From a virus (Duplodnaviria > Caudoviricetes), in the IMG/VR virus record IMGVR_UViG_3300045966_000076, positions 1 through 54,011 of that record: 54,011 bases of DNA; one strand, written 5' to 3'. The position numbers and the translations under genes were made by a program. Below, in pieces: positions 46,450-54,011 of the stretch. The notes below the pieces were generated by a model that made no database searches, had not been told where the DNA came from, and saw only the letters and a program-made list of their open reading frames with translations. Position 1 is the first letter of the stretch. Each line of letters opens with the position of its first letter.

Positions 46450-46686
46450 TCAGCGCACGACCGGCTTCGTCCCGCCCTTGAACGGGCGCGGACGGCTCTT
46501 GAACTCGGGCCGCAGCACGACGGCTCGCGGCTGGTACTTTTCGCCCTCGAAGTAGACCTGCACGATCAGAGCCTCCATGCCGATCGCCTCGAGAATCTGC
46601 GGGCGTTGTTCGAGTTCTTCACGGATCGCGGTGACGATGATGTCGACGCGGGTACTTCGATCAGGCCGGGTATCAGGGTTGCCCAT
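46450..46686 (-). CDS. Hypothetical protein (possible late regulator)
   Basis: 78 aa just upstream of leader/terminator. Confidence 0.6.
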   Translation of the reverse strand: MGNPDTRPDRSTRVDIIVTAIREELEQRPQILEAIGMEALIVQVYFEGEKYQPRAVVLRPEFKSRPRPFKGGTKPVVR

Positions 46687-46697
46687 GTCGCCCGCTA

Positions 46698-47273
46698 TTA
46701 TGCGGTCCCACTCGGCGGCGGCAGCGACTGGATGACGAACGGGCCCCGCACGCCGGCCGAGAACCGCTCGGCGGCCTGCAGCGCGATCTCGATCTGCCGT
46801 CGCCCCGGCACGACGCCGTCGGGGGTCATCAGGTCGCGCAGCGCGAACAGCGCGCCGTGGGCAATCTGCGCGCCGCAGCCGACCGCACAGAACCCGTCGG
46901 CGGGGCAGCCGACCTGATAGTCGCCCTCGATGACGAACAGACGGGCCGCGTACCCGACGACGAACGTGCCGCCGTGCTCCTGCTCGTTCTCTTTCCGCGC
47001 GAACCCCTTCGATTTGAGGCACTCGCGGACGGCGTCGACGAAGATGCTGCTCATGTACTTCTCGATGTCCTGCCGGGGATCGTGGTCGGGCACCGTGAAG
47101 CTGTAGCGCAGGATCTGCCCCATCCGAAACGACGACGTAAAGCCGAAGAGCATCGGGCCGTTGCGGAAGAGTTTTTGATCGGCGCGCACGCTGAGGTCGT
47201 AGCCGGCGACGCCGGCGCTGTCGGCGCCCATCCAGACGGTGCCTTGCTCGACGAAGCCGGCGACGCAGGTCAT
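46698..47273 (-). CDS. HslV/proteasome-beta-like Ntn peptidase
   Basis: MT(C) N-terminal Thr, MGADS, conserved K, AVGCG (cf. AIGSG). Confidence 0.8.
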   Translation of the reverse strand: MTCVAGFVEQGTVWMGADSAGVAGYDLSVRADQKLFRNGPMLFGFTSSFRMGQILRYSFTVPDHDPRQDIEKYMSSIFVDAVRECLKSKGFARKENEQEHGGTFVVGYAARLFVIEGDYQVGCPADGFCAVGCGAQIAHGALFALRDLMTPDGVVPGRRQIEIALQAAERFSAGVRGPFVIQSLPPPSGTA

Positions 47274-47491
47274 AGATTCCACCATCGGGTCAGCAGTTTG
47301 ATCTCGTACGCGTCGCGCAGACCGCGCAGCCGACGCAGCTCGATCGCGGCCGCGACCGCGTCGAGGTCGAGGAAGGATGGGTTGTAGTTGACGTCGTCGA
47401 TCGCGTCGTCGATGACGAGCGCCTCTTGTAGAAACGGATCATCGTCCGGGTAGTGGCGCCGGAGTTCTTCCAGTTCGTCGTCAAGGTTCAT
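47270..47491 (-). CDS. Acidic hypothetical protein
   Basis: ATGA-coupled to TerL and peptidase. Confidence 0.6.
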   Translation of the reverse strand: MNLDDELEELRRHYPDDDPFLQEALVIDDAIDDVNYNPSFLDLDAVAAAIELRRLRGLRDAYEIKLLTRWWNL

Positions 47492-49413
47492 CGTCGACCT
47501 CGGAACCACTCGCGCTTCGGCACCCACGGCGTGCGCGCCGGCTTCGGCGGCTTCGGTTTCGGCGGGATGCCGAGCCGCGCGGCCAGGACGTCGAGCTTCT
47601 GATCGAGCAGACGCATCGCCGCGAGCGCCATCACGGCGCAGTCGAGCATCTCGTTGTGCCGGATCTTTTTCCAGAAGGTGATCGGGAATCCGCGCTGGAA
47701 CTTCCGCACCAGCTTTTCGCTCGTGAGCTGCAGCGCGAGCCCTTCGTCAGCCCATGTCGAATGCGGGATATGGACGTAGCCGGGGCCGGGCTCGCCGACT
47801 TTGAAGCGCGCGTACCAGAGCGCCTTTGCCGAGTCGACGCCGAGCGTCCAGAGGGCGACCTCGCGCTCGGTGTTCCCGTAGCGGCGAGCCGACGGCGTGA
47901 ACTTCACGATCGGGCGCTCGCCGGCGCGACCGATGCTCGCGTGACAGCGCAGCGTCGCCTTCTTCGCGGCGTACTCATAGACCTCGTCGGTGCGGTGCCC
48001 GGCCGAGTCGATGAAGGACGCCGCGATCGGCAGCTGCACGCCGACCGGATGCCGGTAGCTTTTTTCGAGCAGCTGATCCAATTCCTTCCACGGCTCGGGC
48101 TGCGACGTGTCGCCGTCGAAACGGCGGCGGTCGACGAGCCACGCTTCTTCGCCAGGGCCCCAGCCGATCACGAGGGCCTCGAGGCGATCGTCCTGCGTGT
48201 CGATGCCGGCGGTGATGAGACACACGCCGGCCGGCACGTCGAACGCGTCCGGGTACGACTCCTTCCGCAGCAGCAGCACATGTGACTCGACGCCCTCGCC
48301 CTTGTCCTGCTCGACGGGCTCGCCCAGCGTCGTGTTCTCCCATGTGTGCATCTCGCTGGGATCGCCGGCCTCCTGCTTCGCGTGCGCGTCGAGGAAGCCG
48401 GCGACGATGTCGGCCAGCGACGACAGCGGCGAGTACGCCTCCCAGATGTGGAACGACACGATGCGGCGATCGCGGCGGTCGGGGTTCGTCGGCCGCCACT
48501 CCCCGCGCGCGAGCACCGCGATGCGCTCGGCTTCGTTGATGTGGTGCTCACAGGCCGGACACTTCAGATACGCCGTCGCCGGATCGTTGTCCTGCCAGCG
48601 CACGTTCGCCCACTCATACGTGTGCAGGTGCGCGCAGCTCGGGCAGGGCACGAAGTACCGGCGCTGGTCGCCGCGGTGGAACCACGTATCAATCGGCGCC
48701 CCGACGAGCGTCGGCGAACTCAGCATGAGAATCCGTCGCCGGCGCTTGAAGGCACCCGTGCGCTTGCGCGCGATCGCGATGGTGTTGCCCTCGCCGGGGA
48801 GCTGATGCGGGTAGCGGTCGATCTCGTCGAGGACAAGGAACCGCGTGGGCCTGGCCGCGAGCGACGCGGCCGAGTTCGCGCCGCCGATCGCGATGCTCCC
48901 GCCCTTGAACGTCTTCTGCAGCGTCGTGTTCGACGCGTCCTTCTGTCGCTTGTGGCCGACGACCTCGGCCAGCGCCGGACTGGCTTTGATGACGGGTTCG
49001 AGCCGGTTCTTCGAGAAGTCCTCGGCCATCGGCTTCACGGTCGGCTCGACGACGAGGATCGGGCAGGGGTCGTGCTTGATGTGGTACGCGACCATGTTCA
49101 CGGCGCAGGCCGTCTTGCCCCACTGCGAGCTGCCCATCACGACGGCCGTCTCGACGCCGGGCTCGTGGAAGACGTCGAGGATCCCGCGCTGGTAGGGGGC
49201 GAAGCTGGTCTGCCACTTCGAGCCGGCGAGCGGCCCGGTCGTGTTCACGATCTCGCGGTCGGAGAACTCGCTGACGCGAAGGCGCGGCGGGGGCGCGAAC
49301 CCGGCGAGCGCGCGCCGTCGCACGATCTCGATCGGCGACGCGCCGAGGAAGAGCAGCTCGGGCGCCGCCGTCGGCGGGAGTGGCCCGATCTCGCGGGTTT
49401 CGACGTGTGTCAT
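47488..49413 (-). CDS. terL: Terminase large subunit, lambda GpA family
   Basis: SSQWGKT, VLDEID, SSPT, CPSC, GIDTQDDR, NEMLDC. Confidence 0.95.
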   Translation of the reverse strand: MTHVETREIGPLPPTAAPELLFLGASPIEIVRRRALAGFAPPPRLRVSEFSDREIVNTTGPLAGSKWQTSFAPYQRGILDVFHEPGVETAVVMGSSQWGKTACAVNMVAYHIKHDPCPILVVEPTVKPMAEDFSKNRLEPVIKASPALAEVVGHKRQKDASNTTLQKTFKGGSIAIGGANSAASLAARPTRFLVLDEIDRYPHQLPGEGNTIAIARKRTGAFKRRRRILMLSSPTLVGAPIDTWFHRGDQRRYFVPCPSCAHLHTYEWANVRWQDNDPATAYLKCPACEHHINEAERIAVLARGEWRPTNPDRRDRRIVSFHIWEAYSPLSSLADIVAGFLDAHAKQEAGDPSEMHTWENTTLGEPVEQDKGEGVESHVLLLRKESYPDAFDVPAGVCLITAGIDTQDDRLEALVIGWGPGEEAWLVDRRRFDGDTSQPEPWKELDQLLEKSYRHPVGVQLPIAASFIDSAGHRTDEVYEYAAKKATLRCHASIGRAGERPIVKFTPSARRYGNTEREVALWTLGVDSAKALWYARFKVGEPGPGYVHIPHSTWADEGLALQLTSEKLVRKFQRGFPITFWKKIRHNEMLDCAVMALAAMRLLDQKLDVLAARLGIPPKPKPPKPARTPWVPKREWFRGRR

Positions 49414-50237
49414 TACGTGTCCGTACGCGTGATGACGCGCTCGGCGTCGGCCAGGTCGACGAGCAGTTCGTGCATCGCCACTTCGAGCTCGGCCTCGAGG
49501 CCGGTCACGCCGCCGAGCGTGAACGCGCGGGCCAGTCGGTCGGCAATCATAGCCGGGCACGCGAGAATCCGCGCTTTGATCGCCTTCACGTCGTCGCCCC
49601 AGCGGCGCTCGACCTCGTCGGCGGGCAGCAGTTTGCCGGCGCGCATCTGATACCGCTGCTCCGACTCCATCGCCTGCGCGCGTTCCTTCCGCGCGCGCTC
49701 GATCGCGACCGATGCGGCCGGGTCGCCGCCCTTGGCCTGCGTCTCACGCTGCGCGAGCCAGCCGCGGACCTCCAGCTCGCGATACTTCGAGGCCTTGCCC
49801 TTGCGCCCGCGCTCGGCCGTGGGCATTCCGTCCTGCTCCCACTTCGTGACGGTCATCATGTGGACCTTGAGCCGGGCGGCGAGTTCGCGCCGGGTGAGCA
49901 GCTCGCCGGCGGCGCTCGCGTCTGGTCCCGCATCGGCCGACGACGCGGCCGCATCCAGGCCGAGCCGCCCTTCGAGGGCGCGCAGCTGCGCGGCGGCATC
50001 GCGCGCGATCGCGATGAGCGGGTTCGGCACCGTGTGCCCGCGCGAGTTTCTGACCAGCTGACTGGTCTTCGCGATGCCGTCCTCGGCCTGCCGCCACCGC
50101 GCCCAGAGCTGACAGTACGCCGCGAGCAGCTCGACGTCGACGGGTCCGCGCTTCTGGAGTTCGCGCGCGATCTGGAGCCAGCGCGCACGGGCCGCGCCGG
50201 CCAACTCCGGCGGCGGCGGGGGCGTCTTCGCGCTCAT
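49413..50237 (-). CDS. terS: Terminase small subunit: P27-like + Nu1-like fusion
   Basis: N: LAAYC..W...NP....LGL; C: TRRELA..L.V...TV..W..DGMP, ERARKE. Confidence 0.8.
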   Translation of the reverse strand: MSAKTPPPPPELAGAARARWLQIARELQKRGPVDVELLAAYCQLWARWRQAEDGIAKTSQLVRNSRGHTVPNPLIAIARDAAAQLRALEGRLGLDAAASSADAGPDASAAGELLTRRELAARLKVHMMTVTKWEQDGMPTAERGRKGKASKYRELEVRGWLAQRETQAKGGDPAASVAIERARKERAQAMESEQRYQMRAGKLLPADEVERRWGDDVKAIKARILACPAMIADRLARAFTLGGVTGLEAELEVAMHELLVDLADAERVITRTDT

Positions 50238-50289
50238 CGGGGGCCCCGGACGTGCACCCGTTACCCCTTAAGACCGGCAAGAAAGTGCC

Positions 50290-50360
50290 AAAATGCCGCG
50301 GTCCCGTTCACCCGCTCGGCGACGATCTCGGCGGAGAACCTAAAGCGCGGGGGGGTCCCC
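50290..50360 (-). other. Candidate cos site
   Basis: AGGTTCT (cosQ-like) ~22 nt before quasi-symmetric GCGGGTGAACGGGACCGC, just upstream of terS. Confidence 0.5.
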
Positions 50361-50508
50361 CTGTCTCGGCCGGCGGCGGCGCGGCCCGGCCTGGCTCGCG
50401 CAGGAGCCGCGATCGAGGTCGGGGTTGATGGAAGACTCGCGCGGCCGCGCGAGCGCGGCGCAGGCGGGGTGCAGGGGGTGCAGGGGGCCATCGGGTGCGG
50501 TGTCGGAT

Positions 50509-50724
50509 TCAGACCGGCCACGGAAAGACCACGGGCGACGGGGGCGCGTTCTGCAGACGCTCGACCTCGCGGGCCTGCAGGCGGCGCCGCTCACCGGACA
50601 ACCAGAGCACGGCGGCGATGAGGCCTTCTTCGCGTGTGATCTCGCCGCGCTCGACGCGCGTGCACATGTGATGCAGCACCGGGCAGTCGCGCGCGGCCTG
50701 CAGGACATCGGCCCACGTTCTCAT
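50509..50724 (-). CDS. Hypothetical protein
   Basis: ATGA-coupled. Confidence 0.6.
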   Translation of the reverse strand: MRTWADVLQAARDCPVLHHMCTRVERGEITREEGLIAAVLWLSGERRRLQAREVERLQNAPPSPVVFPWPV

Positions 50725-51284
50725 CGCAGCACCAGCCACGGGCCGGCGAGAATCATCTGCACCGTACTCCCGTCACTGAGACGCAGCTCGCGCCACCGGG
50801 TCCCCCCCTGCTCGAAGTCCCGACACTCCAGAATCGTGAGGCCGTGCAGCCACGGCTCGGGCGTGATGGCGGTGTCGGGTGCGGGTGCGCTCGATGGGAA
50901 TTGCCGATCGACGTGGCCGCACACGACGCACACGTGCGGCGGGGCGGGCGGGCCAGGAAGCGGGATGATCTCGGATCGCATGGGGGGGCCTGCTCGACGG
51001 GGCAGACGATCGTCGCGCGTGGTGCGCTGGTCCTCGACGTGGATGAAGGCGGGGGCCTGTCCGTCGATGATAGTGCGGCGGATTGTCTCGGGTCGCCACC
51101 ACATGCGGCGCGCGTCGTCACCGTGCCAGACGACGTTGCACCCCTTGCAGCAGACGGCCCCGTCGTAGGCGTACAGCCGAGAGTGGCGACACTCAACGTC
51201 GCCGACGACGGGGTCGGGATCGGCGCCGACGGCGGATCGAATCGCGTCGTCGCGGGAGTTCGGGGAAGGTGGCGGTCGGTCCAT
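50721..51284 (-). CDS. Cys-rich hypothetical protein (start uncertain)
   Basis: CRH..CCKGC, CVVCGH. Confidence 0.45.
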   Translation of the reverse strand: MDRPPPSPNSRDDAIRSAVGADPDPVVGDVECRHSRLYAYDGAVCCKGCNVVWHGDDARRMWWRPETIRRTIIDGQAPAFIHVEDQRTTRDDRLPRRAGPPMRSEIIPLPGPPAPPHVCVVCGHVDRQFPSSAPAPDTAITPEPWLHGLTILECRDFEQGGTRWRELRLSDGSTVQMILAGPWLVLR

Positions 51285-51639
51285 ACGTTCTCACGAGCGC
51301 CTCGCCCAGATCGGAGAAGCCCTTGCCGGTTCGCGCTCGTGCTCGTTCCAGAAGACGCGCTTCACGGCCAGGCATCCGGATCGCCAGGACGTTCTGCGCC
51401 TTGCCCGGATAGACGGGGCCGTCGACCGCGTCGAAGTGCAGGTCGGCGGCGTGCAGTCGGGCGAGCTGCGTGAGGATGTTATTGCGACTCAGTCCCGATC
51501 GGCGCTGCAGCCGCGCGAGCAGCTGCAGGCCGACCGGGGTGAAGTCCATTGGCACCTTCACGTGCGCGCCGGGAAAGGCGGACTTGCGGCCCGCGTTTTC
51601 CCGGCTGCCGCCGTGTTCGTGCTTCATGGTCAGATTCAT
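51193..51639 (-). CDS. Putative DNA-binding protein (GGxRxxAGR + two RHH-like units)
   Basis: HGGSRENAGRK; internal duplication FPG../YPG.. Confidence 0.6.
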   Translation of the reverse strand: MNLTMKHEHGGSRENAGRKSAFPGAHVKVPMDFTPVGLQLLARLQRRSGLSRNNILTQLARLHAADLHFDAVDGPVYPGKAQNVLAIRMPGREARLLERARARTGKGFSDLGEALVRTYGPTATFPELPRRRDSIRRRRRSRPRRRRR

Positions 51640-51663
51640 CGTGGCACCTGATGGCCGGCGACG

Positions 51664-51972
51664 TCAATCAAGCCACGTGCGGTCGAGCGACACCCACTTG
51701 CGACGCTCGGCCTTGTCGTCGTGCGTGGTGACGCTCGCGTGCATCCCGTCGTGGCGCTTGAACAGCGTGCAGCGGTGGCCCCCACTGCGCGCCTCGCACC
51801 GATGCGCTTGCGGCGGCGGCTCCGGATTCGCCTCGGCCACCGGCGACCGGGCGAGCATCGAGCGATCGACGCCGTCGGCCAGTCGTTCCAGCGCGTGCGC
51901 GATGCGCGGCAGCGTGCTCTCGTAGAACTTCTGGCCCATGCGAGTCTGAAAAAACTGTGTATCGTCGGGCAT
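51664..51972 (-). CDS. Hypothetical phage protein
   Basis: FFQTRMGQKFYESTLPRIA; RBS AAGGAGG. Confidence 0.7.
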   Translation of the reverse strand: MPDDTQFFQTRMGQKFYESTLPRIAHALERLADGVDRSMLARSPVAEANPEPPPQAHRCEARSGGHRCTLFKRHDGMHASVTTHDDKAERRKWVSLDRTWLD

Positions 51973-51995
51973 CTGTGGCCTCCTTCGCGAACAAA

Positions 51996-52080
51996 GTGGA
52001 TCGCCGGGGGGCTGGCGATCCACGGTCATCGAATCACCCCCGTTTTTTCAGGTGGGATCGCCGGGGGGCTGGCGATCCAC
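51996..52080. repeat. Duplicated 26-bp hairpin (terminator-like)
   Basis: GGATCGCCGGGGGGCTGGCGATCCAC at 51998 and 52055. Confidence 0.75.
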
Positions 52081-52620
52081 TCAGCGGGCACGGGGGTGCA
52101 TCCGCGCGAGCGCGTGACAGCGCAGGCAGGTCGGGTTCTCGGGCCCGTCGACCTCGACCCAGCAGGTCGCCGTCTGCCCGATCGGGCCCTGCGGTCGGAC
52201 GCCGCAGAGCGCCGACGCGAAGCGTCGCGGCGCGAGCTGATGCGAGAGCGTCACCGGCACGAGATGCGTCACCGGCGGCGGCCCGCTGGTCGGCTGGTCG
52301 ACCTCTGAGACGCGACGCAGCCAGCAGATCGCGAAGATCTCCGGTACGGCGACGTCCGGCGGCGGCGTGCGCGCGGGAATGATGACCGCGTCGCACAGGT
52401 CGCACGTCAGGCCGTCGTGCCAGTCCGGCTGCTCGGCATCCTGCCGGGTGACAACGGCGTTGCTCGTGCCCTGGCCGAGTCGCACGCGGGCCACGAACGC
52501 CTCATGCTTCGTGCAGACCGTGATGGTCTTGAGCGGGTCGTGCGGGTGCTCGATGAGAAACCCGATGACCTCGTGATCGTGAAACGTGATCGCGTTCTGG
52601 AAAATGTCTTGCAGCTTCAT
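52081..52620 (-). CDS. Zn-binding hypothetical protein
   Basis: CTKH, CDLC, H..LCG..CLRC; ATGA-coupled. Confidence 0.7.
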   Translation of the reverse strand: MKLQDIFQNAITFHDHEVIGFLIEHPHDPLKTITVCTKHEAFVARVRLGQGTSNAVVTRQDAEQPDWHDGLTCDLCDAVIIPARTPPPDVAVPEIFAICWLRRVSEVDQPTSGPPPVTHLVPVTLSHQLAPRRFASALCGVRPQGPIGQTATCWVEVDGPENPTCLRCHALARMHPRAR

Positions 52621-53030
52621 CGGTCGCCTCCTTGGACGTGGTCGTTGATGACCCGCGCGCGGTCTTCGGCCTCGCCGCGCGTCGGGCAGGTTTCGGTCTC
52701 GATGGCCGCGTCGTCGTAGCAGATCACGACGAGGAAGCCGCCGCTCTTCTTCGGTTCGACGTGCGCGCCCTTGACGGTGCGCGCGTCGCGGGGTCGTTCC
52801 TGCTCGATGGTGCGCGCCCACTCGATGCCGGGCGTGGCGACGGGGGCGCCGAGCGCCACGAACGCGTCGGGCGAGAGCTGCACGATCGCGAACGGGTACT
52901 GCGCGGTCGGCGTCTGCCAGATCTTCAGCTCGACGCCGGCCGCGTGCGGGGCGAACTCGAGGCGGGCCTGCCGGTGGATGCCGTTCCGGCCGGTCACGTC
53001 GAGCGTGATCGGGATGATGCGCGTGGTCAT
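52617..53030 (-). CDS. Hypothetical protein
   Basis: ATGA-coupled, RBS. Confidence 0.7.
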   Translation of the reverse strand: MTTRIIPITLDVTGRNGIHRQARLEFAPHAAGVELKIWQTPTAQYPFAIVQLSPDAFVALGAPVATPGIEWARTIEQERPRDARTVKGAHVEPKKSGGFLVVICYDDAAIETETCPTRGEAEDRARVINDHVQGGDR

Positions 53031-53419
53031 CGGATCCTCCCGTCGGTGTCGCGGATGGTTCGACCGCCGCGCCGCAGAATGGCGGCGATGCGGTCCAGCG
53101 TGTCGGCGTCCCACTCCTGCCCATCGAGCTGCTTGACGATCGCGTTGACCAGATCCGCCGGGGGCGCCGGCGGAAGTCGTCGACGGGTGATCGCGTTCGC
53201 GCCCTTCGCCCATGTCTTCGCGGTGGCGCGCACGGACGCTGCGGCACGGCGATAGATCCCGAAGAACTCGCGCCGGTAGGCGCCGCTGTTCCGCGTGAAG
53301 CGGAGCAGGTCATCCGACACGGCCAGGAGCACGTTGTAGGCGCCCCAATAGTCGACCAGTCGGCGGATTGTGAAGTGCAGGTCCAGCTCGTCGTCGGGCA
53401 CGTCGGCAAGGCGGCTCAC
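53027..53419 (-). CDS. Hypothetical protein
   Basis: GTGA-coupled; LDGQEWDADTLD.IA. Confidence 0.7.
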   Translation of the reverse strand: MSRLADVPDDELDLHFTIRRLVDYWGAYNVLLAVSDDLLRFTRNSGAYRREFFGIYRRAAASVRATAKTWAKGANAITRRRLPPAPPADLVNAIVKQLDGQEWDADTLDRIAAILRRGGRTIRDTDGRIR

Positions 53420-53736
53420 AGGTCCTCCGATCTCGCGCGGGTGCGGTACTCGCGGTCGACGGGGTGCTCTTCGACGGGCTCGTCGTCGTCGATCTCGTCC
53501 TCGTCGAGATCCACGATCGCGACGAGACCGGGCCCCGCGAGGCCGGGCAGGTCGGGCTGCTCGCGCTTGCGCTCGACCTGCTCGACGCGCTCGATCTGCG
53601 CGTTGATGCGATCGAGAAACTCCAAACATTCGAGCCGCAGCGCGTAGAGGTAGTCGAGCGTGACCGGATCGGCGAAGCTGCCGGTGCGGGCGTCGATCAT
53701 CCGGAAGCGGGCATCTTGCGGTGTCAGATTCGGCAT
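53416..53736 (-). CDS. Hypothetical protein
   Basis: RBS GGAG before MPNLTPQD. Confidence 0.65.
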   Translation of the reverse strand: MPNLTPQDARFRMIDARTGSFADPVTLDYLYALRLECLEFLDRINAQIERVEQVERKREQPDLPGLAGPGLVAIVDLDEDEIDDDEPVEEHPVDREYRTRARSEDL

Positions 53737-53776
53737 GGTGTGCTCCAGTCTTCGATTGATGGTTGACGGTGTCGTG

Positions 53777-54011
53777 CTCTTCAGTCGCGCGCGAGCGACT
53801 CGCCGACGTCCTGCAGACGCTTGGCGAACTCGCGCGCCTCCTTCTTCGTGTCGAACGTCACGACCGGCGGCGCCGGCGAGCCGCCCCTGCTCTTCAGTGA
53901 GCAGCGCGCCGGATTCGGTCGACTCGTCGTACTCTTCAATCTCGATCCACACGTTGTAGGTCTTGCTCATCGGATGCCCTCGACAATCTCGGCGACGCGT
54001 TCGGCGAACAG
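53777..54011. repeat. Terminal overlap (right copy)
   Basis: Matches 1-234 with 1-nt insertion. Confidence 0.95.

Noticed and set aside
53416-53970. 184-aa ORF joining two genes
   Set aside because: Caused by an extra C in the right overlap copy; the left copy gives a clean 62-aa ORF, and the second gene has its own RBS

Overview
This window is an apparently complete, circularised genome (~53.8 kb) of a very GC-rich, lambda-like long-tailed phage. Bases 1-234 recur at 53777-54011 with one homopolymer indel, which is an assembly overlap. Every credible gene is on the minus strand, many coupled by ATGA/GTGA overlaps; the long plus-strand ORFs look like GC-rich shadows. Minus-strand order from a candidate cos (~50.3 kb): fused TerS, GpA-type TerL, HslV/proteasome-beta-like peptidase, gpW, portal, an inserted fibre module, protease-capsid fusion, cement protein, head-tail and tail genes with a -1 frameshift, tape measure, tail tip, and a lysis cassette containing a stand-alone FixL-like PAS domain. 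Then follow a chromosomal-type parS palindrome, an XRE regulator, Bet/exonuclease, a replication initiator with 22-bp iterons, ParB, a methyltransferase, RusA, a ParB-like protein plus ABC-ATPase/GNAT, and an early operon (amidoligase, class II GATase, HExxH peptidase, SpoVG-like, ASCH). No integrase, tRNA, CRISPR array or reverse transcriptase was recognised. The most notable items are the PAS sensor inside the lysis cassette, the parS/ParB-without-ParA/integrase arrangement, a P27+Nu1 double small terminase, and a His-repeat fibre in the head module. All protein calls come from motif recognition by eye; no searches were run.
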